Notes under the pieces: generated by a model
Told to the model about the DNA's origin: nothing
Seen by the model: the letters and a program-made list of their open reading frames with translations, nothing else
Database searches by the model: none
NCBI GenBank assembly: GCA_019358935.1
Contig: JAHHIK010000023.1
Span: forward strand, 20,001 to 84,000
Direction: 5' to 3'
DNA from: Tolypothrix carrinoi HA7290-LM1
Lineage (GTDB): Bacteria > Cyanobacteriota > Cyanobacteriia > Cyanobacteriales > Nostocaceae
Length of the DNA: 64,000 nt
Shown: positions 9,126-19,205 of the stretch, piece by piece
How the letters are laid out: each line of letters opens with the position of its first letter
Numbering within the stretch: position 1 is the first letter of the stretch
Translations under genes and position numbers: made by a program

Positions 9126-11405
9126 TTAGTTCCCACTTGTTTTATTGAGAACTAACATATCCTTGATGCGCCAGCTATTATCTACACGAACCAAATCGTA
9201 TCTAACACGAACTTTTTCGTTATAAGACTTTTGCTGATTAATTTGCCCGTTATCATAAAACTCTGCTAACTCAGTCACCGTAGCGTCTACCGTCGCATTA
9301 TTTTGGTCAGTTTCAGTTGTCTTTACAGATTCCACCTTTACAGTGTGGGTGTATTTGCGATAGCGGTTTTCTTCTTTATCCTGTTGAACAATTGCCTGCC
9401 ATTTAGATAAAGTTGAACCGATTAAAATCTGGTCTAAACTGTCAACCTCATGATTAACTCCCAAAGCTGCGGATTTACTAGATAGCCAACTTTGAACCAC
9501 TTCCTGTGCCGTGGTTTCTGTCAAAAGTCCTGGTGGTGACAGTGGCTTGCTATTTGGGTCAGGAATCGGTATTGGTGGTTCATTAAGTTGCACAGACAAC
9601 TGTTCGCCTTTTAAAGATGGCGCAGGGGAGAACAGATTTTTTAATAATCCAAAAGAGGAGGTGAGCAAAAACCACAAAACTACAATACCAGCAAAAGAGC
9701 CAAATATCATCCACACTAAGCGCGTTTTTCCTATCTTAGTGTTAGGACTTTGCTGTGGTTGAGAATGAGCGGGTTTTCGCCTTCTTCGCTTATTCGTTTG
9801 ATCGGGTGCATTAGCTTTAGCCGAACCATTCAAATTATGATTTGTTCTAGAAGCGATAGGTTCAGCATTCGCAACCTGTGCCACATTATTTTGTTCTGTT
9901 GCATTAACAGATGTAGATGTTGTAAAGCTGGGTGGTGAGTAGTTTGAATTAACTGATTTTACTTTAGTTGGTGTTTCTAAAACTTCCCCGTTCTCTGTTG
10001 TGCTGGAGTGACGATAACTCGCAGTTGAATTACTGCGGTGGGGGTAAGTATTTGTTTGTGTTTGAAAAGAAAACTGCCGATTAGTTACAGTTTCATTGTT
10101 TTTTTGTACTTCCGTTGGCAAACTTTCTAAATAAGCTTGCACCTGTTCATCGGCAAAGTATTCTTTTAGAGAAGCTTGGTTATTTACCAAATCTCGAAAG
10201 TGAGGAAACACTTCGTTATGCAACCAACGTTCTCCGTATAAACACAGTCCCGGCAGCATGTCAGGAGAGTCTTGAGATTTTTCGCGAATAAAAGCTAGAG
10301 CTTCGTATTCTTGACTAAGTTCTAAAGAACGAGTTGCAAGTTCTGTTTGCCCCAAGAGTAAGGCACATAAAGACTGTTCTAAATGTACATCCTGACGCTT
10401 GCCCAGACGTGTCAGCATTTGCCTTGCTTGACGAATCAAAGCAGGTTGACGTTGAGCAAATCCCCGCGCTATCAAGGCATACACAGCCAAATATGTGGCG
10501 ACTGCCGAGGGACGTTTACTTTCAGCTTCAAATATTTTCTGTTGTTCTGCGGCTGTTAAGTGGTAACGTAGTTGCTGGATAAATCGCAAAAAGTCATCTA
10601 TATTTAAACCAGATTGGTCATTGCCAGTACCATCAATTCCGCCGCGCTCTTCTAAAACGTTTTGCAATAATTCCAAGCCTTGACGTCGTTCGGCGGTTTT
10701 TTCTTGAGGTAGTGCGAGTAATTCTAGAATTCGATATGGTCGTAATTTACAAAGGTCTGCTTGAATTTCCGATCGCACGCTGGGAAATAAATTTTCCTTA
10801 ATTAACAAATCTTGACCTGTTTCTAAGGAAAGCGCTGCGTTTTCATAATGACCTTGCTGCCATTCTTCACGACCGAGTTCTAAACAGGCAAGGGCAACGG
10901 TGAGAATAATATCTGGACGTTCTGGACGTTCATAATATTCTTCGTTGGTCAGACTATTGACATTTGCGCCACTTACTGATCCATTTTTATTAACCAGGTA
11001 AGGACGACCTAATTTGACTACAAGTTCGTATTCGCCAAGCTCTTGCAGAATTAGTAAAGCACCAACTAATTCATCTTGGGAAATGTCAATGCCCAGACTT
11101 TTAGCTTCGGTAGTACCGTTGTTCTCAAAAGGGCGATTTTCGACTGCGATCGCACTAGTTGTCGTGCTTCCTTCCGGGTCGTAGACGTTTGCCAGATAAA
11201 GCTGGTCGTAGCTGCTACGTTCTTTGGGATTTGATAATACCACGATCGCTTCTTCTAAAAGTTGTTTTCTGGAAGTGATTGCACTTGACGAATACTCACG
11301 TCGCGGTAGTTGGACAATGCGATCGCTGTATGCTTGCCGCAATTGTTCATCACTTGCCGCCAACGGTAGTCCTAAAATTCGGTAGTAATCTAGCGGAATT
11401 CGCAC
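9126..11405 (-). CDS. ftn2: Cell-division protein Ftn2/ZipN (ARC6 family; J-like domain, TM helix, IMS/DUF4101)
   Basis: MRIPLDYYRILG start, LPGLCLYGERWL, C-terminal VRVRYDLVR; divergent from pdhA. Confidence 0.92.
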   Translation of the reverse strand: MRIPLDYYRILGLPLAASDEQLRQAYSDRIVQLPRREYSSSAITSRKQLLEEAIVVLSNPKERSSYDQLYLANVYDPEGSTTTSAIAVENRPFENNGTTEAKSLGIDISQDELVGALLILQELGEYELVVKLGRPYLVNKNGSVSGANVNSLTNEEYYERPERPDIILTVALACLELGREEWQQGHYENAALSLETGQDLLIKENLFPSVRSEIQADLCKLRPYRILELLALPQEKTAERRQGLELLQNVLEERGGIDGTGNDQSGLNIDDFLRFIQQLRYHLTAAEQQKIFEAESKRPSAVATYLAVYALIARGFAQRQPALIRQARQMLTRLGKRQDVHLEQSLCALLLGQTELATRSLELSQEYEALAFIREKSQDSPDMLPGLCLYGERWLHNEVFPHFRDLVNNQASLKEYFADEQVQAYLESLPTEVQKNNETVTNRQFSFQTQTNTYPHRSNSTASYRHSSTTENGEVLETPTKVKSVNSNYSPPSFTTSTSVNATEQNNVAQVANAEPIASRTNHNLNGSAKANAPDQTNKRRRRKPAHSQPQQSPNTKIGKTRLVWMIFGSFAGIVVLWFLLTSSFGLLKNLFSPAPSLKGEQLSVQLNEPPIPIPDPNSKPLSPPGLLTETTAQEVVQSWLSSKSAALGVNHEVDSLDQILIGSTLSKWQAIVQQDKEENRYRKYTHTVKVESVKTTETDQNNATVDATVTELAEFYDNGQINQQKSYNEKVRVRYDLVRVDNSWRIKDMLVLNKTSGN

Positions 11406-12139
11406 GGCTTACTTCCCCTGCTGCATGATCAACATCATTCATTTCGAGCATTCCCGGCATGTAAAACCGTGCCATCACATTATTTTCTTGACACACCTTC
11501 ATAGTGTGAAGTGAAAATAAATTTGTATACTACTTAATCTTTTGCCTTATTGCTGCTAAATTATTAAATTTTTCCGGTTTAACTGATTTGTCATCAATTT
11601 TATACATTAAACAATACTACACCACGGCGTAGTACCATAAGTCTTCTGCTCGCAGGAGTATAAATATAACTATCGAGCGTGAGATCGATAGTTTGTATTC
11701 CTGCAAACAATTCTGAGGAACTTTCCCCGGTAGTGAAAACAGAGAAGCACCGCTAGATAAATTTAATCTTGATAACAAGCGTAGCGTAGTATATCATGGC
11801 TTTGTTGTAAATACAACTCTTTACATAAGTATATAAATTGCCGCCGCCAATTTATCTAAATTGTTAATCGATATGCAGAAATCTTTATATTCTGATTGAT
11901 AATCTATAAGGGTGAGTGGTGAAAAGTCCAAACTGCGGAAGTTCCGCAGATGGTAACTTCCAAGGAGCAGTGAAAATTAAAAATCAAATTAAAAAGTATT
12001 CACTCCCTAGTAGCCATTGAGAGTGAATTTGTAACTTGTTAACTCCTAACAACGTTATCTTTGTACAAGCTTACGCCGAATGTAAGCAACTTATCTAACA
12101 TAGTAACTTTAAGTTTTACCACAGGATACTAACAAAATA

Positions 12140-13174
12140 ATGGTTCAAGAACGCACATTACCCACATTTACAGCAGCATCCGCGCAGATTACCAAAGAAG
12201 TTGGGTTACGGTTGTACGAAGATATGGTTTTAGGGCGCGTCTTTGAAGATAAGTGCGCCGAGATGTACTATAGAGGCAAAATGTTTGGTTTTGTCCATCT
12301 GTACAACGGTCAAGAAGCGGTTTCCACTGGTGTTATCCAAGCGATGCGACCGGGTGAAGATTACGTTTGCAGTACTTACCGCGACCACGTTCATGCTTTG
12401 AGTGCGGGAGTACCAGCAAAAGAGGTAATGGCGGAATTATTTGGTAAAGCCACCGGCTGTAGTAAAGGACGCGGTGGTTCGATGCACATGTTTTCTGCGG
12501 AACATCGTTTGCTGGGTGGTTATGCTTTTGTGGCTGAAGGTATTCCGGTAGCAGCGGGAGCAGCTTTTCAAAGTAAATATCGGCGCGAAGTTTTAAAAGA
12601 TGAAAGCGCAGACCAAGTAACAGCTTGCTTTTTTGGCGATGGTGCGGCAAATAACGGTCAGTTTTTCGAGACATTGAATATGGCGGCTTTATGGAAACTG
12701 CCGATTCTTTTTGTGGTAGAAAATAATAAGTGGGCGATCGGTATGGCTCACGATCGCGCAACTTCCCAGCCAGAGATTTACAAAAAAGCCAGTGTATTCA
12801 ACATGGTAGGCGTGGAAGTAGACGGTATGGATGTACTAGCCGTGCGAGCAGTAGCAGAAGAAGCTGTTGCCCGCGCTCGTGCTGGTGAAGGTCCGACATT
12901 AATTGAAGCTTTAACTTACCGTTTCCGGGGTCACTCATTGGCTGACCCAGATGAAATGCGATCGCAAGCCGAAAAAGAATTTTGGTTTGCTCGTGACCCA
13001 ATTAAGAAGTTAGCTAATCATTTAGTAGAGCAAAATTTAGCCTCTGCCGAAGAACTCAAAGCAATTGATCGTAAAATTACAGAAAGAATTGCCGAAGCCG
13101 TGAAATTTGCCGAAAGCAGTCCCGAACCTGATAGCAGCGAATTATATCGCTTTGTCTTTGCAGAAGACGAGTAA
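12140..13174 (+). CDS. pdhA: Pyruvate dehydrogenase E1 alpha subunit
   Basis: [14 protein letters not shown] motif GDGAANNGQ...[14 protein letters not shown]. Confidence 0.97.
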   Translation: MVQERTLPTFTAASAQITKEVGLRLYEDMVLGRVFEDKCAEMYYRGKMFGFVHLYNGQEAVSTGVIQAMRPGEDYVCSTYRDHVHALSAGVPAKEVMAELFGKATGCSKGRGGSMHMFSAEHRLLGGYAFVAEGIPVAAGAAFQSKYRREVLKDESADQVTACFFGDGAANNGQFFETLNMAALWKLPILFVVENNKWAIGMAHDRATSQPEIYKKASVFNMVGVEVDGMDVLAVRAVAEEAVARARAGEGPTLIEALTYRFRGHSLADPDEMRSQAEKEFWFARDPIKKLANHLVEQNLASAEELKAIDRKITERIAEAVKFAESSPEPDSSELYRFVFAEDE

Positions 13175-13182
13175 AAGGGAAT

Positions 13183-13403
13183 TGGGCATGGGGCATGGGG
13201 CATGGGGCATGGGGCTGGGGGATTGGGGATGGGGGCTTGGGGCTTGGGGCTTGGGGCATGGGGCATGGGGCATTGGGTAAAATTCCTCTCCCCCTGCTTC
13301 CCCTGCTTCCCCTGCTTCCCCTGCCTCCCCTGCCCCCTGCCCCCTTGTCCCCCTTGTCTTCCTTGTCCCCCCATCCCCCCATCCCCCCATCTCCCCATTC
13401 CCC
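13183..13403. repeat. Composite STRR array: (GGGCATG)n heptamers followed by (CCCCTGCTT/CCCCTTGTC)n nonamers
   Basis: Direct inspection; lies between converging pdhA and Uma2 genes. Confidence 0.9.
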
Positions 13404-14158
13404 TACACCTCATCCGGGTTTACACCCAATTCTCTTAAACGCGATGCCAAGCGATCGGCTCTTTGACGCTCTTGCTCGGCTCTTTGACGCTCTTGTAGCG
13501 CTTCTTCTTGTGATGTTGATATCCAATTTCCATTGGCATCATACCAACGCAACCAGAGCCGCTCAATGCCTTGATAAGTACCTTGCCACAATCCTAAACC
13601 TAGTTTTAAAGTTGGCATCCAAATACGTGTTTCTTCTAAGTTCATTTCCACATAACGGTCTGCCTGAAGCATAAAGGCTCTCAGCCTATCTGTGTAGCGG
13701 TCAAAGATTATGTAATAAGGAACACGTAGAATTTGCTCATAGACTTGCCATTTTGTCGGTGGTTCATCTACAGTGCGTAAAGTTTGCCCCAAATCTTCTT
13801 TTTCTGTACCAGGGGAAAGTAACTCAACTACCACAAAGGGGCTTACGCCCTCTTGCCAAATTACATAACTTAAGCGTAAATCTCTATCTTCATATAATTT
13901 GGAGTTGCCAACTACTCCAAACCAGTCAGGACGCTTATACCACAAAGGATGACGTATATCGTAATAAAGATTTAAATCGCTGGCGACGAATACCTCACCT
14001 GCTGGATAATTAGGCGGATGAAAGGTTTCGTCTAAAAGACGCGGTTGCCAAAGATGAAACTGATCGGGCAAACCTGACTCCTTTGGATCTTCACTAGGAA
14101 GATCATACATCGTTGGTAGAACTTCTTTTGGAGGAAGAGGAGGGTCTACTTGGTACAT
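13403..14158 (-). CDS. Uma2 family (PD-(D/E)xK) endonuclease-like protein with coiled-coil tail
   Basis: LPTMYDLPSED, RPDWF, VVELLSPGTEKED, C-terminal ERQRAEQERQRA. Confidence 0.88.
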   Translation of the reverse strand: MYQVDPPLPPKEVLPTMYDLPSEDPKESGLPDQFHLWQPRLLDETFHPPNYPAGEVFVASDLNLYYDIRHPLWYKRPDWFGVVGNSKLYEDRDLRLSYVIWQEGVSPFVVVELLSPGTEKEDLGQTLRTVDEPPTKWQVYEQILRVPYYIIFDRYTDRLRAFMLQADRYVEMNLEETRIWMPTLKLGLGLWQGTYQGIERLWLRWYDANGNWISTSQEEALQERQRAEQERQRADRLASRLRELGVNPDEV

Positions 14159-14246
14159 AATAAGCAACAGAGATGACCAATTAGCTATAGCTTAACTGAT
14201 AGTAGACGACTGTTCGACTTTACTAATCATTACAAAAAGGAAAGCA

Positions 14247-15116
14247 ATGTTTGCGATCGCACTTCAAGAGCAACAATACAAAACCTACATCCTCACGGAT
14301 GAAAGCACTAATTCACAATTAGAAGTTGTACCGAAACGCGGTGGTATCATCACAAAATGGCGCGTCAACGGTCAAGAAATTTTCTATCTAGATGAGGAAC
14401 GCTTTACTAATCCGGAATTGAGCGTTAGAGGTGGGAATCCGATTTTATTTCCTATCTGCGGCAACTTACCGGATAATACTTACACTTATCAAGGTAAGCA
14501 GTATACTCTCAAACAACACGGCTTTGCTCGTGATTTGCCTTGGGATGTTACGAATCAAGTGACTCAAGATAAAGCAAGCCTTACCATAGTCCTCAATAGC
14601 AACGAGCAAACAAGAGCGGTTTATCCTTTTGACTTTGAACTGGCTTTTACCTACCAGATGCAAGGTAATATTTTAGAAGTTCAGCAGAATTATACAAATA
14701 AATCATCTTCACCGATGCCTTTTTCTTTTGGGTTTCATCCGTACTTTGTGACGAATGATAAAACTCAGCTAGAATTTGAAATCCCTTCCAGTGAGTATCA
14801 AGACCAGAAAAGTAAGGAAATGCATTCTTTTAACGGAAATTTTGACTTCAACCGCGATGAAATTGACGTTGCTTTTAAACAGCTAACAAGTCAATCTGCT
14901 AGTGTGACAGACCGCAGCCGAAAGTTAAAATTGACTTTAGATTACGATGATGCTTTTCCGATTTTGGTTTTTTGGACGTTGAAAGGCAAAGATTTCTACT
15001 GTCTGGAACCGTGGAGCGCTGCTCGAAACTCTATCAATACTGGCGAACACCTGACTATACTTGAACCTGGAGCCAGTTGTTCTGCATCGGTGAAGTTGAC
15101 AGCAAATTTTTTCTAA
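14247..15116 (+). CDS. Aldose 1-epimerase family protein
   Basis: RGGNPILFPICG, QHGFAR, GFHPYF, CLEPW. Confidence 0.9.
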   Translation: MFAIALQEQQYKTYILTDESTNSQLEVVPKRGGIITKWRVNGQEIFYLDEERFTNPELSVRGGNPILFPICGNLPDNTYTYQGKQYTLKQHGFARDLPWDVTNQVTQDKASLTIVLNSNEQTRAVYPFDFELAFTYQMQGNILEVQQNYTNKSSSPMPFSFGFHPYFVTNDKTQLEFEIPSSEYQDQKSKEMHSFNGNFDFNRDEIDVAFKQLTSQSASVTDRSRKLKLTLDYDDAFPILVFWTLKGKDFYCLEPWSAARNSINTGEHLTILEPGASCSASVKLTANFF

Positions 15117-15179
15117 ACCCCTTTACAAAACTATATAGATGTGTGATAGAATAACAAAGTTGCGAGTCTAAAACTCAAC

Positions 15180-15251
15180 GGGTCGCTAACTCAACGGTAG
15201 AGTACTCGGCTTTTAACCGATTAGTTCCGGGTTCGAATCCCGGGCGACCCA
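15180..15251 (+). tRNA. trnK: tRNA-Lys (anticodon UUU)
   Basis: GGGTCGC/GCGACCC acceptor stem, anticodon loop CTTTTAA, T-arm GGTTCGAATCC; no encoded CCA. Confidence 0.95.
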
Positions 15252-15543
15252 TATTAAAAGACTAATTCACGGATTTTGAGTAACAGTAGTGCGATCGCTC
15301 GTATGTTGCCTTTGGGGTTAGGCAATTGTTGTAACGTTACGCGATCGCTTTGATTGTTTACAGTTGACTTCTTGCAGTCACCAGTCCTTTATAATCAGGC
15401 TTGAAGGTGGTAAAGTTTTTCAGCATTAGCACCCGACACTAGTTATAATTTCCTATATAAAGTTGAAAAAAGTCTTAAGATTAGCGTAAAAATTGCGCTT
15501 GTCTCAAACCGACTAGCTGACTACCACATTAGGAGGACTATCT

Positions 15544-16623
15544 ATGGCGCTCGTACCAATGCGGCTGCTGTTGGATCACGCGGCTGAAAACGGTTACGGC
15601 ATTCCGGCGTACAACGTGAACAACATGGAGCAGATTCAGGCAATCATGAAGGCTGCTCTAGAGACAGATAGCCCGGTGATTTTACAAGCTTCTCGTGGCG
15701 CTCGTTCTTATGCTGGGGAAAATTTCTTACGCCACTTGATTTTGGCTGCGGTAGAAACTTATCCTCATATTCCCATTACCATGCACCAAGATCATGGTAA
15801 CAGCCCTGCAACTTGCTATTCGGCGATTCGTAACGGCTTCACCAGCGTGATGATGGACGGTTCGCTGGAAGAAGATGCTAAATCACCAGCAAGCTATGAG
15901 TACAATGTCAACGTTACCCGCGAAGTGGTAAAAGTAGCTCACGCTGTAGGCGCCAGCGTTGAAGGTGAACTCGGTTGCTTGGGTTCTCTCGAATCTGGTA
16001 TGGGTGAAGCTGAAGATGGTCACGGTTTCGAGGGTAAACTCGACCGAGATCAACTTTTAACTGACCCCGACCAAGCAGTAGACTTTGTAGAGCAAACTCA
16101 AGTAGATGCTTTGGCTGTTGCGATTGGTACTAGCCACGGTGCTTACAAGTTTACTCGCAAGCCGACTGGAGAAATTTTAGCAATCAGCCGAATTGAAGAA
16201 ATTCACAGCCGTTTGCCGAACACTCATTTGGTAATGCACGGTTCTTCTTCGGTTCCCGAAGATTTGCTCGCTATCATTAACCAGTATGGTGGTGCAATTC
16301 CGGAAACTTACGGTGTACCTGTGGAAGAAATCCAAAAAGGTATCAAGTGCGGTGTACGTAAGGTAAACATCGATACTGATAACCGGTTGGCAATTACCGC
16401 TGCTGTGCGTGAAGCTTTGGCTGCAAATCCGAAGGAATTTGACCCCCGTCACTTCCTCAAGCCTTCGATTAAATATATGCAGAAGGTTTGTGGCGATCGC
16501 TATCAGCAATTCGGTTCTGCTGGTAACGCTAGCAAGATTAAGCAAATCTCTTTGGATGATTTTGCTGCTAAGTATGCTAAGGGCGAACTTAATGCTGTTA
16601 CCAAGGCTACTGCTAAGGTTTAA
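15544..16623 (+). CDS. fbaA: Class II fructose-bisphosphate aldolase
   Basis: [45 protein letters not shown]. Confidence 0.97.
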   Translation: MALVPMRLLLDHAAENGYGIPAYNVNNMEQIQAIMKAALETDSPVILQASRGARSYAGENFLRHLILAAVETYPHIPITMHQDHGNSPATCYSAIRNGFTSVMMDGSLEEDAKSPASYEYNVNVTREVVKVAHAVGASVEGELGCLGSLESGMGEAEDGHGFEGKLDRDQLLTDPDQAVDFVEQTQVDALAVAIGTSHGAYKFTRKPTGEILAISRIEEIHSRLPNTHLVMHGSSSVPEDLLAIINQYGGAIPETYGVPVEEIQKGIKCGVRKVNIDTDNRLAITAAVREALAANPKEFDPRHFLKPSIKYMQKVCGDRYQQFGSAGNASKIKQISLDDFAAKYAKGELNAVTKATAKV

Positions 16624-16677
16624 GGTGAGATGAGCGCTCTGTGCGCTCACTACGGGTTTTTCATATTAAGATTACTT

Positions 16678-16707
16678 AACCGGGTTGGAATATTACCCGG
16701 TTTTTTG
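16678..16707. terminator. Intrinsic terminator between fba and the converging cupredoxin gene
   Basis: AACCGGGT...ACCCGGTT hairpin followed by a T tract. Confidence 0.7.
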
Positions 16708-16709
16708 TG

Positions 16710-17222
16710 TTATTGGACGGTGAGGAAGGTTCTCATTCCGGCTTTAAAGTGTCCGGGTAAGTTGCAGACGATGAGATATTTACCTGGAGTTAAGTTAACT
16801 TTGAGTGTTTTTGTGACACCGCTTTTGAGGTCGTCTTCTTCAATCTCGCCAATTTCTTTTCCGGCTTTATCTTCATCAAGCTTATCGCCTTCAAGTGGTA
16901 GCTTTTCTAGTGGTAAGTCTGTTTTAATCACTACCATTTCGTGAGGAATTTTACCTTTGTTGGTCGTTTCAAATTCCACAGTTCCGGCTGGGACTGTTGA
17001 CTGAGATAATTGAAACTTCATCTCTGTGGCAGTTACTTGAATTTTAGTGCTAGCGGAGTTTGTAGCACTTGGGGAATTGGTTGAAGTTGTTTGTGCTGAG
17101 TTTGTAGCGGTTGGGGAATTAGCGGGAGTTGTTTGTGCGGTGTCATTACCACATGCCCAAAGCAGGGAAACAACAGCAGTAACGAAAAAAATCTTAATTG
17201 AAGTTTTCATTGGTTTACACAT
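16710..17222 (-). CDS. Cupredoxin (auracyanin/sulfocyanin-like) lipoprotein
   Basis: Lipobox LWAC, Thr/Ser linker, type-1 Cu ligands in PHEMVV and CNLPGHFKAGM; true start may be the second Met. Confidence 0.82.
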   Translation of the reverse strand: MCKPMKTSIKIFFVTAVVSLLWACGNDTAQTTPANSPTATNSAQTTSTNSPSATNSASTKIQVTATEMKFQLSQSTVPAGTVEFETTNKGKIPHEMVVIKTDLPLEKLPLEGDKLDEDKAGKEIGEIEEDDLKSGVTKTLKVNLTPGKYLIVCNLPGHFKAGMRTFLTVQ

Positions 17223-17312
17223 AAGTGCGATCGCACTAAATGTTTTATTTCTGGAGATTGTAAGTTTACATCACAGAAAATTCGCAAACTGTAAATTTTG
17301 GCAAATAACCAG

Positions 17313-18128
17313 CTAGATAAATACGCGATGTTGTAAGCTGGGCATTTGACGGCGTACTTGTTCTAGCCGAGAGAAATTGATTTCGGCGATCGCTACTCCC
17401 GGTTTTTCACCAGCATCGGCTAAAATCGTACCCCAAGGATCGATAATCATCGCGTGTCCGTGGGTTTGACGACGAGCGTAATTTACTCCAGTTTGCGCCG
17501 GTGCAATGACATAAGCGGTGTTTTCAATTGCCCGCGCTTGCAGTAGTACTTGCCAATGATCTTTACCAGTAAAAGCGGTGAAAGCGGCAGGAATAAATAG
17601 AATATCTGCCCCTTTGTGAGATAAATGGCGGTAAAGTTCCGGAAAACGGACATCGTAGCAAACAGAAAGTCCGATATTACCGAGTTTTTCGGAAAAATAA
17701 ATCGGGGGTATTTGCTGACCAGCCATCACCGTACTCGATTCGCGGTAAGTATTGCCGTCAGGGACATTCACATCAAATAAATGTACCTTTTGGTAGTGGG
17801 CAATTTCTTGACCGTTGGGGTCAATCAGTGTGGAAGTATTGTAGACTTTGCCGATGTTATCTACAGGTACTGGATAGCTGCCGCCGAGAATGGTAACTTG
17901 ATAGCGCTGCGCCATTTTTTTGAGGAATATTTCCGATTCTTTGGCGATCGCTTCAACTTGAGCAAGTTTATCCTTTTCTTCGCCCATAAACGAAAAATTT
18001 TCTGGCAAACTTACTAATTCCGCACCTTGATGGACGGCTAAATCGATAAATTCTTCTGCCTGTGCCAAGTTTTTTTCCAGATTTGGCACACTGGTCATTT
18101 GAATAGCGGCGGCTAAGTATGACTTCAT
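17313..18128 (-). CDS. Carbon-nitrogen hydrolase, Nit1-like (deaminated glutathione amidase family)
   Basis: LPENF, YQKVHLFD, CYDVRFPE triad, ARAIEN, HGHAMIIDPWG. Confidence 0.9.
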   Translation of the reverse strand: MKSYLAAAIQMTSVPNLEKNLAQAEEFIDLAVHQGAELVSLPENFSFMGEEKDKLAQVEAIAKESEIFLKKMAQRYQVTILGGSYPVPVDNIGKVYNTSTLIDPNGQEIAHYQKVHLFDVNVPDGNTYRESSTVMAGQQIPPIYFSEKLGNIGLSVCYDVRFPELYRHLSHKGADILFIPAAFTAFTGKDHWQVLLQARAIENTAYVIAPAQTGVNYARRQTHGHAMIIDPWGTILADAGEKPGVAIAEINFSRLEQVRRQMPSLQHRVFI

Positions 18129-18353
18129 AAATCCAATAACGAACAGTGGAGTTGTCAGGGGTAGATTATTAAATATATCTTTACTTTGGTAGTTGCAAAG
18201 ACAGACTTTATCCCCATTCCTTTATCTTCCCCGAATTTGCTAACGAACGAACACTTTGCTGAAACTTACGCTTATATCAATCTTCCTACGGGTTGTGGAA
18301 AAATCAACGAGTTTGAGGTTAGGTTGTTAGAAAACCTTGATAAAGTCTCTGCT

Positions 18354-18947
18354 GTGGATATTTCTGTTTTCGTTAAAACGTTTGTTGCTGTGTTTGTTCT
18401 TGCGGATGCAGTGGGTAATATACCGATAGTTTTAGTTCTGACTAAGGGGATGGAACCGCAGCAAAGAAACAAAGTAATAGATAAAGGGGTAGTGATAGCG
18501 ATCGCTGTTCTTTTGGTCTTTGCTTTTGGCGGTCAATTCATTTTAAGTTATTTAGACGTCAGCATGGGGTCTTTGCGGATAGCTGGGGGACTGTTGCTGC
18601 TATTAATTGCTTTACAAATGCTTCAGGGTGAATTAGATACTCCTGTACTCGACCAAGAGAGAGATATCGCAATTACGCCGCTAGCTTTGCCATTGTTAGC
18701 CGGACCTGGTACGCTGACGACGGTAATGTTGTTAATGTCGTCGGCTGCCAATCCTAATTTAAGCGTGACGCTGGGTATTCTATCGGCGATGTTTATTACT
18801 TGGGTTATTTTGCGCTTCTGTAATTATATTGATAAGTGGATTGGTGCAGAAGGTGAGGTGATTATTACTCAGCTTTTCGGTTTTCTGTTGGCGGCTTTGG
18901 CGATAGAGATTGGTAGTACGGGGATTAAGGAGTTGTTTTTGAGTTAG
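18354..18947 (+). CDS. MarC family membrane protein (likely GTG start at 18354)
   Basis: DAVGNIP, RIAGGLLL, PLALPLLAGPG. Confidence 0.88.
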   Translation: MDISVFVKTFVAVFVLADAVGNIPIVLVLTKGMEPQQRNKVIDKGVVIAIAVLLVFAFGGQFILSYLDVSMGSLRIAGGLLLLLIALQMLQGELDTPVLDQERDIAITPLALPLLAGPGTLTTVMLLMSSAANPNLSVTLGILSAMFITWVILRFCNYIDKWIGAEGEVIITQLFGFLLAALAIEIGSTGIKELFLS

Positions 18948-19127
18948 AGAGAACGAACCGCAGAGGGGCAGAGGACGCAGAGGAGGAGGGGGAGAGGATT
19001 AGGGAAAGTTGTAGGAATGAGCGCAAAAAACCTGCTAGTTCCTTAATTTACGAGTGCGATAATTCATGAATTATCGCTACAGAAGATATGTTTTACGCTC
19101 ATTTGTGAGTTGTTTATTTTCTTCTTT

Positions 19128-19205
19128 TCCCCCTTGTCCCCCTTGTCCCCCTTGTCCCCCTTGTCCCCCTTGTCCCCCCTCTCCCACTCTCCCCCTCCCC
19201 TCCTC
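19128..19205. repeat. STRR nonamer array (CCCCTTGTC)n
   Basis: About five tandem copies between converging genes. Confidence 0.85.

Noticed and set aside
13018..13674. Several Gly/Pro-rich ORFs
   Set aside because: Products of stop-free STRR arrays between pdhA and Uma2.
15180..15300. tRNA-anchored integrative element
   Set aside because: No integrase and no duplicated tRNA 3' end noticed; the flanks are core genes.
18186..18353. N-terminal extension of MarC
   Set aside because: Non-conserved-looking sequence over the divergent promoter region; GTG 18354 gives a normal length.
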